The position numbers and the translations under genes were made by a program. Source: Actinomycetota bacterium (GTDB lineage Bacteria; Actinomycetota; Actinomycetes; Mycobacteriales; Jatrophihabitantaceae). Taken from it: DNA of 57,234 nucleotides. Of this stretch, positions 36,170 through 43,575 are shown one piece after another; positions within the stretch are counted from its first letter, which is position 1, and each line of letters opens with the position of its first letter. Location: NCBI GenBank assembly GCA_046734315.1, contig JBKPQY010000036.1:1-57234 (forward strand). Reading direction: 5' to 3'. Below the pieces are notes generated by a model. That model made no database searches, was not told the DNA's origin, and was given only the letters and a program-made list of their open reading frames with translations.

Positions 36170-36774
36170 TCGATCTGCTCCGCCGCGGCGGCGACCCAGC
36201 CACGGGTGCCCGGGTCGGACAGCGGCCGGCTGAACAGCGGCCGCGGCGGGAACGTGTCTGCGGCTGCGGTGAACAGGGCGATCTCGGGCTCGCCGGTCAT
36301 CGCCGAGACGTGCCACAGTCCGTCGAGGTCCGTCCAGCGGCTGTCGATCGCCCGCGCCCAGGCCCGGCACAAGTCGTGCGGTCCAGTGTTGATCAGGTGC
36401 GACGCGCCGTTGCGGATCGGGCACGTGCCGGTGAGATCGAGCAGGTGCAGGGTGCGGCTGGGCCGCCATGCGGTGAGATACGGGGCGCCGCGGACGGTAT
36501 CGACGGCGCGCCGGTCCTGGAACACCTCGGCCAGGCAGGTCGTGATGTCGAGCGCCGCGTAGGAGACGCCGCGATCGGACGGCCCGGGAGGCGGCTGCTG
36601 CGGGTCGAACCGGGCGTGCGACGGCCCCCAGAAGCGCAGCGCGTTCCATGCGATGACGTTCTCGCCGGCCGTCCGGTGCAGTCGCCACAGCACGGTGTGC
36701 CGGGCCACTGCTGCGAGGTCGCCCTCCTCCAACGTCAGCGCCTCAGGCGCGGGCGGGAGAGGGAGCTTTACCAC
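36154..36774 (-). CDS. RES-domain toxin (NAD+-degrading toxin family)
   Basis: ~200 aa with the R...E...S layout (RFDP.. / LAEVF / WHVSAM). Its start overlaps the stop of the upstream Xre-type gene by 7 nt. Confidence 0.65.
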   Translation of the reverse strand: MVKLPLPPAPEALTLEEGDLAAVARHTVLWRLHRTAGENVIAWNALRFWGPSHARFDPQQPPPGPSDRGVSYAALDITTCLAEVFQDRRAVDTVRGAPYLTAWRPSRTLHLLDLTGTCPIRNGASHLINTGPHDLCRAWARAIDSRWTDLDGLWHVSAMTGEPEIALFTAAADTFPPRPLFSRPLSDPGTRGWVAAAAEQIDYDLI

Positions 36775-37352
36775 CGGTCGAGGTCGGCTGCGTGCGCTGC
36801 GACCGGGATGGGACTACCGCCGGTCAGCAGCCAGTCGCGGGGACTGCGCTCGTGTCCGCGCACGCGCAGGTCGTCCTGCGGCGTGGTCATGAAGCCCTCG
36901 ACCTCGCGGGGATGCATACCGCTGGGCAGCGCGGCGAGCACGGCGGCGAGCCCGGGGATAGGGCGCAGGTCGTCGTCGAACTGCCACGTAGGCAGCCGCA
37001 GCGAGCGGCCGACACGCTTGGCGTACAGCGCTCGGTTGCGTACCCGGTGTCGCACCCGCGAGTCGTCCACGCCCCACTTCGCCGCGACGTCGCGCGTCGT
37101 GTACGAGCGGCGCAGCAGATCGAACTCGATCCGGGCCGCTGCGACGGCCGCGCGCTGGGATTCGGAGTGCCGGACCGCCGCCGCCGGGTCGATGCCGCTG
37201 TGCTCGGCGAGCACCGCGGCCTCGGCGTCGGTGAGCGTGCTCGCGCCGGGACGCGGCTCGCGCCCGAGCGCGGCCCGCAGGGCGGTCACGAACTCGGACT
37301 CACCGCCCGGCACGCCGAACTCATCGAGTAACGCCGCAACTGAGGAGCGCAT
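36768..37352 (-). CDS. Xre/MbcA/ParS-type antitoxin (C-terminal toxin-binding DUF2384-like domain)
   Basis: Starts at MRSSVAALLDE. A central HTH-like segment (YTTRDVAAKWGVDDSRVRHRVRNRALYA) and the C-terminal ...SPRDWLLTGGSPIPVAAH. It sits immediately 5' of the RES gene. Confidence 0.6.
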   Translation of the reverse strand: MRSSVAALLDEFGVPGGESEFVTALRAALGREPRPGASTLTDAEAAVLAEHSGIDPAAAVRHSESQRAAVAAARIEFDLLRRSYTTRDVAAKWGVDDSRVRHRVRNRALYAKRVGRSLRLPTWQFDDDLRPIPGLAAVLAALPSGMHPREVEGFMTTPQDDLRVRGHERSPRDWLLTGGSPIPVAAHAADLDRW

Positions 37353-37355
37353 GCG

Positions 37356-37383
37356 CACAGTTAAGACAATGTCTAAACCTGTG
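37356..37383 (-). promoter_or_regulatory. AT-rich imperfect palindrome abutting the antitoxin start codon (candidate autoregulatory operator/promoter)
   Basis: CACAGTTAAGAC-aat-GTCTAAACCTGTG. This is the most AT-rich stretch of the neighbourhood and ends 3 nt from the ATG. Confidence 0.4.
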
Positions 37384-37505
37384 CCGGCCGCGCGTATCCG
37401 CGTCTGCACCGCAAGGGTGCATCCGCGGCTCCGCTCCGCGCCTACGGCGCGGGCCGCGTCGCGGCGCCGGCGCTCTTCGCGCGAGCGCTCATCGCCCGGC
37501 GGTTG
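37381..37505 (-). repeat. full-length reverse-orientation copy of the intergenic repeat family
   Basis: CTCTTCGCGCGAGCGCTCATC (37473-37493), hairpin CCGCGCC-tac-GGCGCGG, and a second hairpin TGCACC-gcaag-GGTGCA (plus strand; TGCACC-cttgc-GGTGCA in element orientation). Confidence 0.8.
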
Positions 37506-37529
37506 CGCCACTCCTGGCCGACTCTGCCC

Positions 37530-39017
37530 CTAACCGGGCCCTATCAGGTTGGCGACGATCTTGGCCGACTGTGCCACCAGGGGCAGTCCTCCGCCGGGCT
37601 GTGTCGAGCCGCCGACGAGGTAGAGCCCGCGCACCTTTCCGGCGTTAGCCGGTCGGCGCACACTGCCGAGCAGGCCGTGCAGCGCAGCGCCGTAGATCGC
37701 ACCGCCGGGAGCGCTGGTGCGCCGCTGCAGGTCCGCCGGGGTCAGCACCTTGCTGAACACGAGCCGCTCCCGCACGGGCAGGCCCCGCGCGGTCAGCAGT
37801 GAGAGCACCCGGCCCTCGTACCCCGACGCCAGCCCCGCGCTGTCCCAGTCGAGGGCGCCTCGGCTGCCGTCGACGCCGTGCCGCGGCGCATTGACCAGCA
37901 CGAACCACGCCTCGTGACCCGCGGGGCAGACCGCCCGATCGTCGGGCGCACTGATGTACACAGCAGGATCGGTAACCGGCCGGCCGGGCCGGCCGAACAC
38001 CGCGTCGAACTCGGCGTCGTAGTCGCCCTCGCCGAAAAGCACGTTGTGATGGGCCAGCCCGGGCGTGCGCCCACGGACGCCGAGCAGTAGCACGAACGCG
38101 CTGAGCGAGTCTGCGCGCGGTGCCTGCCGCGGCCGGCTGGGGTCCAGCAGCCGCTGGTAGACGGTGCTCGCATCGGCGTTGGCGACGACGACGTCTGCGG
38201 GCAGCCTCGCCCCGTCGACCAGCGATACCTCGCTGACCCGCCCGCCGGTTGCCGTGATCCGGCTGACCCGCGCGTCGGTACGAATGACAGCGCCCCGTTC
38301 GCGCGCCCGGGCGGCCAGTGCGGCGACCAGTTGATGCAGCCCACCCTCGACGTACCAGGCCCCGAAGGCGTGCTCCAGAAACGGGATCACGGCCAGGGCC
38401 GCCGGCGCGCGGCGCGGGTCCGACCCGGCGAACGTCGCGTACCTGTCCAGCAGCATGCGCGCCCTCGGGTCGTCGAAGTTGCGGTTGCCGACCTGGCGCA
38501 GGGTGCGCCCGGGCCGGATCGCGGCGATGTCGCCGACGCGGGCCAGCCGCCGGGCGATGGCGCCTGAGGTCAGACCGCTGCCGAACACCGGGTCCTCGAC
38601 GGCATCCCAGATGCGCGAGCCGTGGGCCACCAGTGCCGCCCACGCAGCACCGGTGCCCGCGGCGAGGACCTGGTCGAGGCGGGACACCTGCTCGTCAAGA
38701 TCGCGCGTGGTTGTGACCACGGTGCCGTCAGCGAAGCGGTAGCGCACATACGGGTCGACGGCGCGCAGCTTGAGCACCGAGTCGAGCGGGTCGCCGGTCT
38801 CGGCGAACAACCCGGCGAACACCGCGGGCATGGTGAGCACCGAGGCACCTGTGTCGAAGCGGAACGTACCCGCCGCGGTGCGCTGCTCGAAGAAGCCGGC
38901 CTTGCCGCCGACCTGGTCGCTGGCTTCGAGCACCGTGACGTCGTGGCGCAGCGCGGCCAGCCGGGCGGCGGCACACAGCCCGCCGACCCCGGCGCCGACC
39001 ACCACGACGCGCGCCAT
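37530..39017 (-). CDS. phytoene-desaturase-family FAD oxidoreductase (CrtD-like carotenoid 3,4-desaturase candidate)
   Basis: MARVVVVGAGVGGLCAAARLAALRHDVTVLEASDQVGGK. ~496 aa with the CrtI/CrtD family C-terminus ...LYLVGGSTQPGGGLP. The longer ORF to 39437 was rejected. Confidence 0.75.
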   Translation of the reverse strand: MARVVVVGAGVGGLCAAARLAALRHDVTVLEASDQVGGKAGFFEQRTAAGTFRFDTGASVLTMPAVFAGLFAETGDPLDSVLKLRAVDPYVRYRFADGTVVTTTRDLDEQVSRLDQVLAAGTGAAWAALVAHGSRIWDAVEDPVFGSGLTSGAIARRLARVGDIAAIRPGRTLRQVGNRNFDDPRARMLLDRYATFAGSDPRRAPAALAVIPFLEHAFGAWYVEGGLHQLVAALAARARERGAVIRTDARVSRITATGGRVSEVSLVDGARLPADVVVANADASTVYQRLLDPSRPRQAPRADSLSAFVLLLGVRGRTPGLAHHNVLFGEGDYDAEFDAVFGRPGRPVTDPAVYISAPDDRAVCPAGHEAWFVLVNAPRHGVDGSRGALDWDSAGLASGYEGRVLSLLTARGLPVRERLVFSKVLTPADLQRRTSAPGGAIYGAALHGLLGSVRRPANAGKVRGLYLVGGSTQPGGGLPLVAQSAKIVANLIGPG

Positions 39018-39031
39018 GCGGTGATAGTGCC

Positions 39032-40120
39032 TTAGCCGCCTTGCGTCGGCGCGTGCACATCCCGGCCTTTCCAGGTGAGCGTGCCGCGCCGGTGCCCGGC
39101 CAGCGACCTGACGACGAGCCAGCCGAACGCCGCCACCGATACGGGGTGGGCCAGCGCGTCCGGCCAGGCGCGGCCACCGGTGCGCCGCGCGGCGATCACC
39201 CGGCCCGCGACACCCGCCGCATAGCCGAGTAGTCCCATCCTCGACCCGCGCAACGCCGCCACGGCCGGGAGCAGGTAGGCGACGCCCAGTCCGGCGAGGA
39301 CGGCGAGTGCACCGCCCGGAGAGCCGAACGCCGCCCACAGCGACTTGCCGTACCCGTCCTGCAGCGCCGCCCAGCCGTCGTACATCCGGCAATCGGCCAG
39401 CGCCGTGCCGTCCACGATGCCGCCCCGCGCGCCGCATCGCCGCAGTACCCGGGCCAGCGCGATGTCGTCGAGCACGGCGTCCGGCACGTGGCCGCCCGCG
39501 CGCCGGTAGACGTCCCGGCGGACCACCAGGAACTGCCCGTTAGCCACGGCCAACGACGGCCGGGGCGACTGCTCAGCGATCCGCAGCGGCAGAAACGTCA
39601 GCCACGACCACGACAGCAGCGGCTGGACGAGTCGCTCGGCCGGCGAGCCGGCAAGCTGCCTCGGGTAGGGCGACACGAAATCGAGGCCGTGCCGCTCCAG
39701 CACGGCGACGGCGCTGCTCACCGCATGCGGTTCGAGACGAACGTCCGCGTCCACGAACACCAGGACCGCACTGCTCGGCCGGGCGAGGTCCGCGAGCTGA
39801 CGGCACGCATGGGGCTTGCCGAGCCATCCAGGCGGCGGCGCCGTTCCGGGCACGACACGTACGCCGGCAGCTCGGGCGATTTCCCTTGTGCCGTCGGATG
39901 ACGCGTCATCGAGGACGATGATCTCGATGCGTTCGCGTGGTTGCTGGGCGAGCAGGGTATCCAGGCAGGCTGTGATGTTGGGCGCCTCGTCCCGCACGGG
40001 AAGCAGCACGGACACGTCGGGCAGCGCGCTCGCCGGCACTGCCCGGCGCAACAGCCGTGCATTGAGCGCGGCATGCCCCGTGCCGGCCAGCGCCGCGGCC
40101 AGGCCGATCTTCAAAAGCAC
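39032..40120 (-). CDS. family 2 glycosyltransferase (carotenoid glycosyltransferase candidate)
   Basis: VSVLLPVRDEAPNITACLDTLLAQQP...IIVLDDASSDGT and VFVDAD (DxD). C-terminal TM helices. GTG 40120 overlaps the upstream gene stop. Confidence 0.7.
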   Translation of the reverse strand: MLLKIGLAAALAGTGHAALNARLLRRAVPASALPDVSVLLPVRDEAPNITACLDTLLAQQPRERIEIIVLDDASSDGTREIARAAGVRVVPGTAPPPGWLGKPHACRQLADLARPSSAVLVFVDADVRLEPHAVSSAVAVLERHGLDFVSPYPRQLAGSPAERLVQPLLSWSWLTFLPLRIAEQSPRPSLAVANGQFLVVRRDVYRRAGGHVPDAVLDDIALARVLRRCGARGGIVDGTALADCRMYDGWAALQDGYGKSLWAAFGSPGGALAVLAGLGVAYLLPAVAALRGSRMGLLGYAAGVAGRVIAARRTGGRAWPDALAHPVSVAAFGWLVVRSLAGHRRGTLTWKGRDVHAPTQGG

Positions 40121-40863
40121 TTGGCCACCAGCGGGACGGCCACCACGCCCATGCCCAGCGCGCCCCACAACGCCGTGGCCGCCAGGTGCAGGAACGCCGC
40201 CAGCCCGACGACTGACGACAGGTAGGTCCACACGTACAGCGCGTACATCCAGCGGTCGTCAGCGATGGGCGTACCGGCCAGAATCCGCTGCGCGACAAGC
40301 GAGATCAGCGTCGCGACCAGCAGCCATCCTGCATAGTTTGTCAGCGCGACGCTTGGCTCGCCCGGCAGGTGCGGGTTCGGGTCAGCCCATCGCCACGCGC
40401 CGGCCGCGACGAGTTGCGGGTCGAGAAACAGATCCCACGAGGCGAGCGCCCAAGCCCCGATGAGCACACGTACCGGCGTCGCGGTGGCAAGCCGTCGAGC
40501 TACCAGTGCAGCCGGCCAGGCCAGCATCGCCCACGCCAGCGCGGCGATGAGGGGCACGCCCGCGATCTGGACGCCGAGCGTGCCGGAGTAGCGGTAGTCG
40601 CCGAACGGCGCGCCGGTATGCACGCCTACGACGTCCGCGCCGAACCCCACGACAGCGGCGACGACAAAGCACATGAGCCCGCGCCGGCCGCGAGTCAGCA
40701 CCGCGTGGCTCAGCGAGGCACCAGCGACCACAAGGACTGTGCCGACCGTGAGGCGATGTCGGCTCACGCCACCGGTGAGCACATACGCGATCTGCAGCGC
40801 GACTGCGGCCAGCACCAGGGCGCCGACCACACGCATGCGTATGTCAGCGGCGCGGTGCAGCAT
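40111..40863 (-). CDS. integral-membrane carotenoid biosynthesis protein (Caroten_synth/CruF-like hydratase candidate)
   Basis: 7-TM-like protein with GAPFGDYRYSGTLG...GVPL and WDLFLDPQLVAAGAWRW, features I associate with the PF04240 family. Confidence 0.55.
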   Translation of the reverse strand: MLHRAADIRMRVVGALVLAAVALQIAYVLTGGVSRHRLTVGTVLVVAGASLSHAVLTRGRRGLMCFVVAAVVGFGADVVGVHTGAPFGDYRYSGTLGVQIAGVPLIAALAWAMLAWPAALVARRLATATPVRVLIGAWALASWDLFLDPQLVAAGAWRWADPNPHLPGEPSVALTNYAGWLLVATLISLVAQRILAGTPIADDRWMYALYVWTYLSSVVGLAAFLHLAATALWGALGMGVVAVPLVAKCF

Positions 40864-41416
40864 CGAGCGGCAACCACGCGCCGAGCACGGCGAACGGCCG
40901 GGCGTCGCCGGGGAAGCGGTGCCCCCGGGCGAGGTCGACGAACCCGACCGATCGGTACAGGCGGAACGCCCGGGTATCCGCGTCCGGTGTCGACAGCAGC
41001 ATCGCCCGATGCGGGATCCCCGCCGCCAGAGAAGTCAGCAACCGCCGCCCGAGGCCACCGCCCTGATAATGCGGCAGCACGTGCATCTCGGACAGCTCGA
41101 AGGAGTTCGGCATCCACTCGGCAGCGACTTCGTCGGTGACGGCGCGGCGCACCAGGTCGTGCCACCACTGGCCCGGCTTGGACGTGTAGCCGTAGCCGAA
41201 GCCGACCAACCGGCCGTCCGGCCGCAGCGCGGCACGACAGGCGAAGCCCTCGTATCCGGTGTGCCCCTGCGCGGTGACGGACCGCTGCGCGCCGGCATAG
41301 GTGGGGTAGTTCATCGCGACGACGTAGATAGCCATTGCCTCGTTGACGCGCTGCGCGAGCTCAGGGCCGGTCCACGACTCGATCGTCACGTCGGCAGCTG
41401 CCGGGAGCGCGCTCAT
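40844..41416 (-). CDS. GNAT-family N-acetyltransferase
   Basis: VLPHYQGGGLGRRLL (Q/RxxGxG/A acetyl-CoA loop) ...AFRLYRSVGF. ATGA-coupled to the upstream gene. Confidence 0.7.
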   Translation of the reverse strand: MSALPAAADVTIESWTGPELAQRVNEAMAIYVVAMNYPTYAGAQRSVTAQGHTGYEGFACRAALRPDGRLVGFGYGYTSKPGQWWHDLVRRAVTDEVAAEWMPNSFELSEMHVLPHYQGGGLGRRLLTSLAAGIPHRAMLLSTPDADTRAFRLYRSVGFVDLARGHRFPGDARPFAVLGAWLPLDAAPRR

Positions 41417-42105
41417 GCGCGCTGCGCCAGGGGGTCATCCCCGCCGAGGCGGCCTGTGGAGCTCAACACTCCGAAGCGAGCGAATAGGTCCTCGCGGTAC
41501 CAGCGGCGCAGCGCCGTCTGCCGTATCGCCTCCCGGTGCGGCGCGCCCTGATAGGCGAACTCCTCCAGGGCGGCCGCGTCGCGCCAGAGGCTGAACGTGC
41601 CCTGCACGCCGATCGGTACCTCGCCGATACCGAATGCGGCACGCAGTCCGCGTCGGTGCTGGAGATCGGCGGCGATCGGCGGCACGGAGCGCCAGAAGGT
41701 GACGGCGTGCTGCGGCGCCAGCCGCGCGTGCGTGAGCGCGGCGACCGGGCCGTCCCAGTCGGCTGCTGCGCGCTCGAACGGCGATCGGCGCGACCACCGG
41801 CCCCGGCTCGCCAATGGGAGCAGTTCGGCAGACCATGACTCGCGGGAACGGGCGTGCCAGCGCCGCACGACCGCTGAGTCGGCGAAAGCCCTCGCTGCAT
41901 CGGCCGATGTCCAGCTGACGAGCAACACCCACCGGGTCAGGTCCGCGCCGCGAATCCCGAAGCCGGTGCTGGTGCCGAGCAGCTTTGCGAACCGCGCCTT
42001 GGCGAGCGCGCGCACCCTGCGCGGGTCGAGCGCCGCGGCAGCAAGCGCAGCCGGGACGCGCTGCGGCGTGACGCGCCACACGTGCATGGTCACCAGGCCA
42101 GTCAC
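41413..42105 (-). CDS. CrtA (spheroidene monooxygenase)-like protein
   Basis: ~230 aa. ...GRWSRRSPF..., AAFGIGEVPIGVQGTFSLWRDAAALEEFAYQGAPHREAIRQT..RWYREDLFARF resembles Rhodobacter CrtA as I recall it. The call rests on memory only. Confidence 0.5.
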   Translation of the reverse strand: MTGLVTMHVWRVTPQRVPAALAAAALDPRRVRALAKARFAKLLGTSTGFGIRGADLTRWVLLVSWTSADAARAFADSAVVRRWHARSRESWSAELLPLASRGRWSRRSPFERAAADWDGPVAALTHARLAPQHAVTFWRSVPPIAADLQHRRGLRAAFGIGEVPIGVQGTFSLWRDAAALEEFAYQGAPHREAIRQTALRRWYREDLFARFGVLSSTGRLGGDDPLAQRA

Positions 42106-42225
42106 GCTGCTCCTTCGCTCTTCGCGCGAGCGCTCGTCGCTGTCGTGAGCTGTGCCCCGCGGCCCGGCGCGGCGACCCTGGGCTGCTCGCTCACGACGCC
42201 CAGCCTATGCCGCGCGCCGGCGTGG

Positions 42226-42693
42226 CTAGGCGACCTCGGCAGGCTCGCCGCCCGCGAGGACCACCAGCTCGTCGAACGTCGTGGGGAACACCGCGTGCGG
42301 GATGCCGCCTGCGGCCCACACCTGCGGATATGCGCGCAGCGCGACGTCCACGAGCGTGCGCAGCTTGGCTGGATGCCCGACCGGGGCGACGCCGCCGATC
42401 GGCTGCCCGGTTGCCCGCCGGACCAGCTCGGCGTGCGCCCGTCGCAGCGTGGGCGTGCCCAGTACTGCGGCGACCTTCACCGTGTCGACGCGGTGGGCCC
42501 CGCTTGTCAGGACGAGCACCGGCTCACCCCCGGCAGTCTCGAACACCAGGGAGTTGGCGATCGCGCCGACCTCGACGCCCAGCTGCCCGGCGGCGGCGGC
42601 GGCCGTAGGCGCTGCCTCGGGCAGCAACTTCACCCGGCCGGACACACCGGCGTCGGCAAGCGCCGCATCGACGGCCAGGCAGTTCGGGTGCAT
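42226..42693 (-). CDS. YbaK/EbsC-type aminoacyl-tRNA deacylase domain protein
   Basis: ...AIANSLVFE....PVLVLTSGAHRVD...ATGQPIGGVAPVGHP. Confidence 0.7.
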   Translation of the reverse strand: MHPNCLAVDAALADAGVSGRVKLLPEAAPTAAAAAGQLGVEVGAIANSLVFETAGGEPVLVLTSGAHRVDTVKVAAVLGTPTLRRAHAELVRRATGQPIGGVAPVGHPAKLRTLVDVALRAYPQVWAAGGIPHAVFPTTFDELVVLAGGEPAEVA

Positions 42694-42712
42694 GCCGCAG
42701 ACGCTATCGGCG

Positions 42713-43408
42713 TCAGGTGTTCACGCCGCACTCGATCTTGCTGGTGCCGGCCCACCGTCCCGCGCGCGGATCCTCGCCTTCCAGGATCCTCCGGGTGCAC
42801 GGCGCACAGCCGACCGAGCCGTAGCCGTCGAAAAGCAGCGGGTTGACGAGTACGCCGTGCTCGGCGATGTAGGCGTCGACGTCGTCCTGTGTCCACGCGG
42901 CGAGCGGGTTCAGCTTGACCATGCCCCGCTTGGGGTCCCATTCGACAACGCGCACGTTGCGACGGGTGATCGCCTCGTCGCGGCGCAGCCCCGCCGCCCA
43001 GGCCCGATACGGCTGCAAGGCGGCCTCGAGCGGGGCGACCTTGCGCAGCGCGCAGCACAAATCAGGATCACGGGAGAACAGCCGCGGCCCATAGGCGGCG
43101 TCCTGCTCGGCCACCGTCTGTGCGGGCTTGATCGTCCGCACGGTCACCGGCATGGTGGCCGCCACTGCGTCGCGGGTGCCGATCGTCTCGGCGAAGTGGT
43201 AACCGGTGTCGAGGAAGAGCACATCGACGCCTGGCAGTACCCGCGAGGCCAGGTGGGGGAGCACCGCGTCGGCCATCGACGAGGCGACGCACCACGACGA
43301 GCCGAACTGCTCGACCGCCCAGTTGAGGATGTCGAGTGGATGCGCGCCCTCCAGATCGTCGCCGGCGCGCATGGCCAGCTCCTCCAGATCCGTCGTCACG
43401 CAGGTCAT
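42713..43408 (-). CDS. cysH: adenosine 5'-phosphosulfate (APS/PAPS) reductase, Fe-S type
   Basis: VLFLDTGYHFAETI, the CC pair (DLCCALRKV), CAPC and C-terminal KIECGVNT. Start trimmed to MTCVTTDL (43408). Confidence 0.85.
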   Translation of the reverse strand: MTCVTTDLEELAMRAGDDLEGAHPLDILNWAVEQFGSSWCVASSMADAVLPHLASRVLPGVDVLFLDTGYHFAETIGTRDAVAATMPVTVRTIKPAQTVAEQDAAYGPRLFSRDPDLCCALRKVAPLEAALQPYRAWAAGLRRDEAITRRNVRVVEWDPKRGMVKLNPLAAWTQDDVDAYIAEHGVLVNPLLFDGYGSVGCAPCTRRILEGEDPRAGRWAGTSKIECGVNT

Positions 43409-43575
43409 GCGCGCTCCTTTGCTTCGCTTGTCCATGTCGGGGCGCTGCCGACCAACGAGAGCCGGAACACCCGTTGACACGCACCACAGCGCCATTCGCC
43501 GTGCTTCTCGCCGAACGGGCGCAGGTCCTCGTCGCCGCAGTACGGGCAGTAGAACGGCGCCGCCCTTTCGGTCAT
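43405..43575 (-). CDS. 56-aa CxxC...CxxC zinc-ribbon protein between sirA and cysH
   Basis: Below the ORF-track cutoff. My translation: MTERAAPFYCPYCGDEDLRPFGEKHGEWRCGACQRVFRLSLVGSAPTWTSEAKERA. ATGA overlaps at both ends, with the sirA stop and the cysH start. Confidence 0.6.
   Translation of the reverse strand: MTERAAPFYCPYCGDEDLRPFGEKHGEWRCGACQRVFRLSLVGSAPTWTSEAKERA

Noticed and set aside
42118-42140. 23-nt match to the repeat-family core, considered as a separate repeat copy
   Set aside because: Only the palindromic core is present, with one mismatch, and the hairpin modules are absent. It is mentioned under the family finding but is too short to annotate as an element.
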